Origin: a virus
DNA length: 64,000 nt
Direction: 5' to 3' (one strand)
IMG/VR virus record: IMGVR_UViG_3300035180_000254
Both the position numbers and the translations under genes were made by a program. Of this stretch, positions 63,832 to 64,000 are shown in pieces (position 1 is the first letter of the stretch; the number at the start of each line of letters is the position of its first letter). The notes below the pieces were generated by a model. It saw only the letters and a list, made by a program, of their open reading frames with translations, made no database searches and had not been told where the DNA came from.

Positions 63832-64000
63832 TCATGCTCCCATTTTGATAGCAGAGAACCAAGCACCGGCGCGACCCATAGCCGCACCAGCACGACTCTT
63901 GGCAGTGTCGAACTTCTCGCTAACTGCCTTGGCTGCGCCGCCTTCGATGATCAGGTTCTGAACGAGAAAACCTGCGAGCAGCGAGCCCAGCCATGTGATC
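63832..64000 (-). CDS. 3' end of a gene truncated by the window edge
   Basis: Open frame ITWLGSLLAGFLVQNLIIEGGAAKAVSEKFDTAKSRAGAAMGRAGAWFSAIKMGA, ending at TGA 63834-63832. Confidence 0.45.
   Translation of the reverse strand, partial: ITWLGSLLAGFLVQNLIIEGGAAKAVSEKFDTAKSRAGAAMGRAGAWFSAIKMGA

Overview
This window is a GC-rich segment of a tailed dsDNA phage genome. I saw no cellular genes, rRNA, tRNA, CRISPR array, integrase or repressor.

Layout:
- (i) 1-31315, + strand, late/virion module. It holds the 3' end of a probable terminase gene, portal, scaffold, two small inserted ORFs (one RyR-domain), an N4-gp56-type major capsid protein, and adaptor-like and small virion proteins. It also holds a fibre with about 20 tandem 22-aa repeats, a fibre with a duplicated Asp-box beta-propeller, and several large internal/ejection-type proteins ending in a 2321-aa giant with two HExxH motifs.
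- (ii) 31815-34398, + strand, lysis cassette: GH19 endolysin, holin candidates, a DUF1353-like protein, and Rz with embedded Rz1.
- (iii) 34559-61519, - strand, replication/early module converging on the lysis cassette. It holds a dimeric-dUTPase-like protein, ATP-dependent DNA ligase, PD-(D/E)XK nucleases, DnaQ-like exonuclease, an SSB-like protein, family A DNA polymerase, SNF2 helicase and a Cas4-like nuclease. It also holds a MoxR AAA+ / DUF3150-like / VWA-metallopeptidase trio, a metallophosphoesterase, many small ORFs and an AEP primase-SF3 helicase.
- (iv) 61940-64000, further - strand early ORFs.

Four homing-endonuclease-type genes are present. The most notable observations:
- The DNA polymerase carries an intein in motif B whose endonuclease gene lies in a different reading frame inside the intein.
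- Two ~95-bp AT-rich islands that are inverted copies of each other bracket the ~30-kb lysis+replication block.
- An early gene encodes a perfect (X-Gly)39 dipeptide-repeat protein.

All functional calls come from motif recognition by eye. No database search or computation was run.
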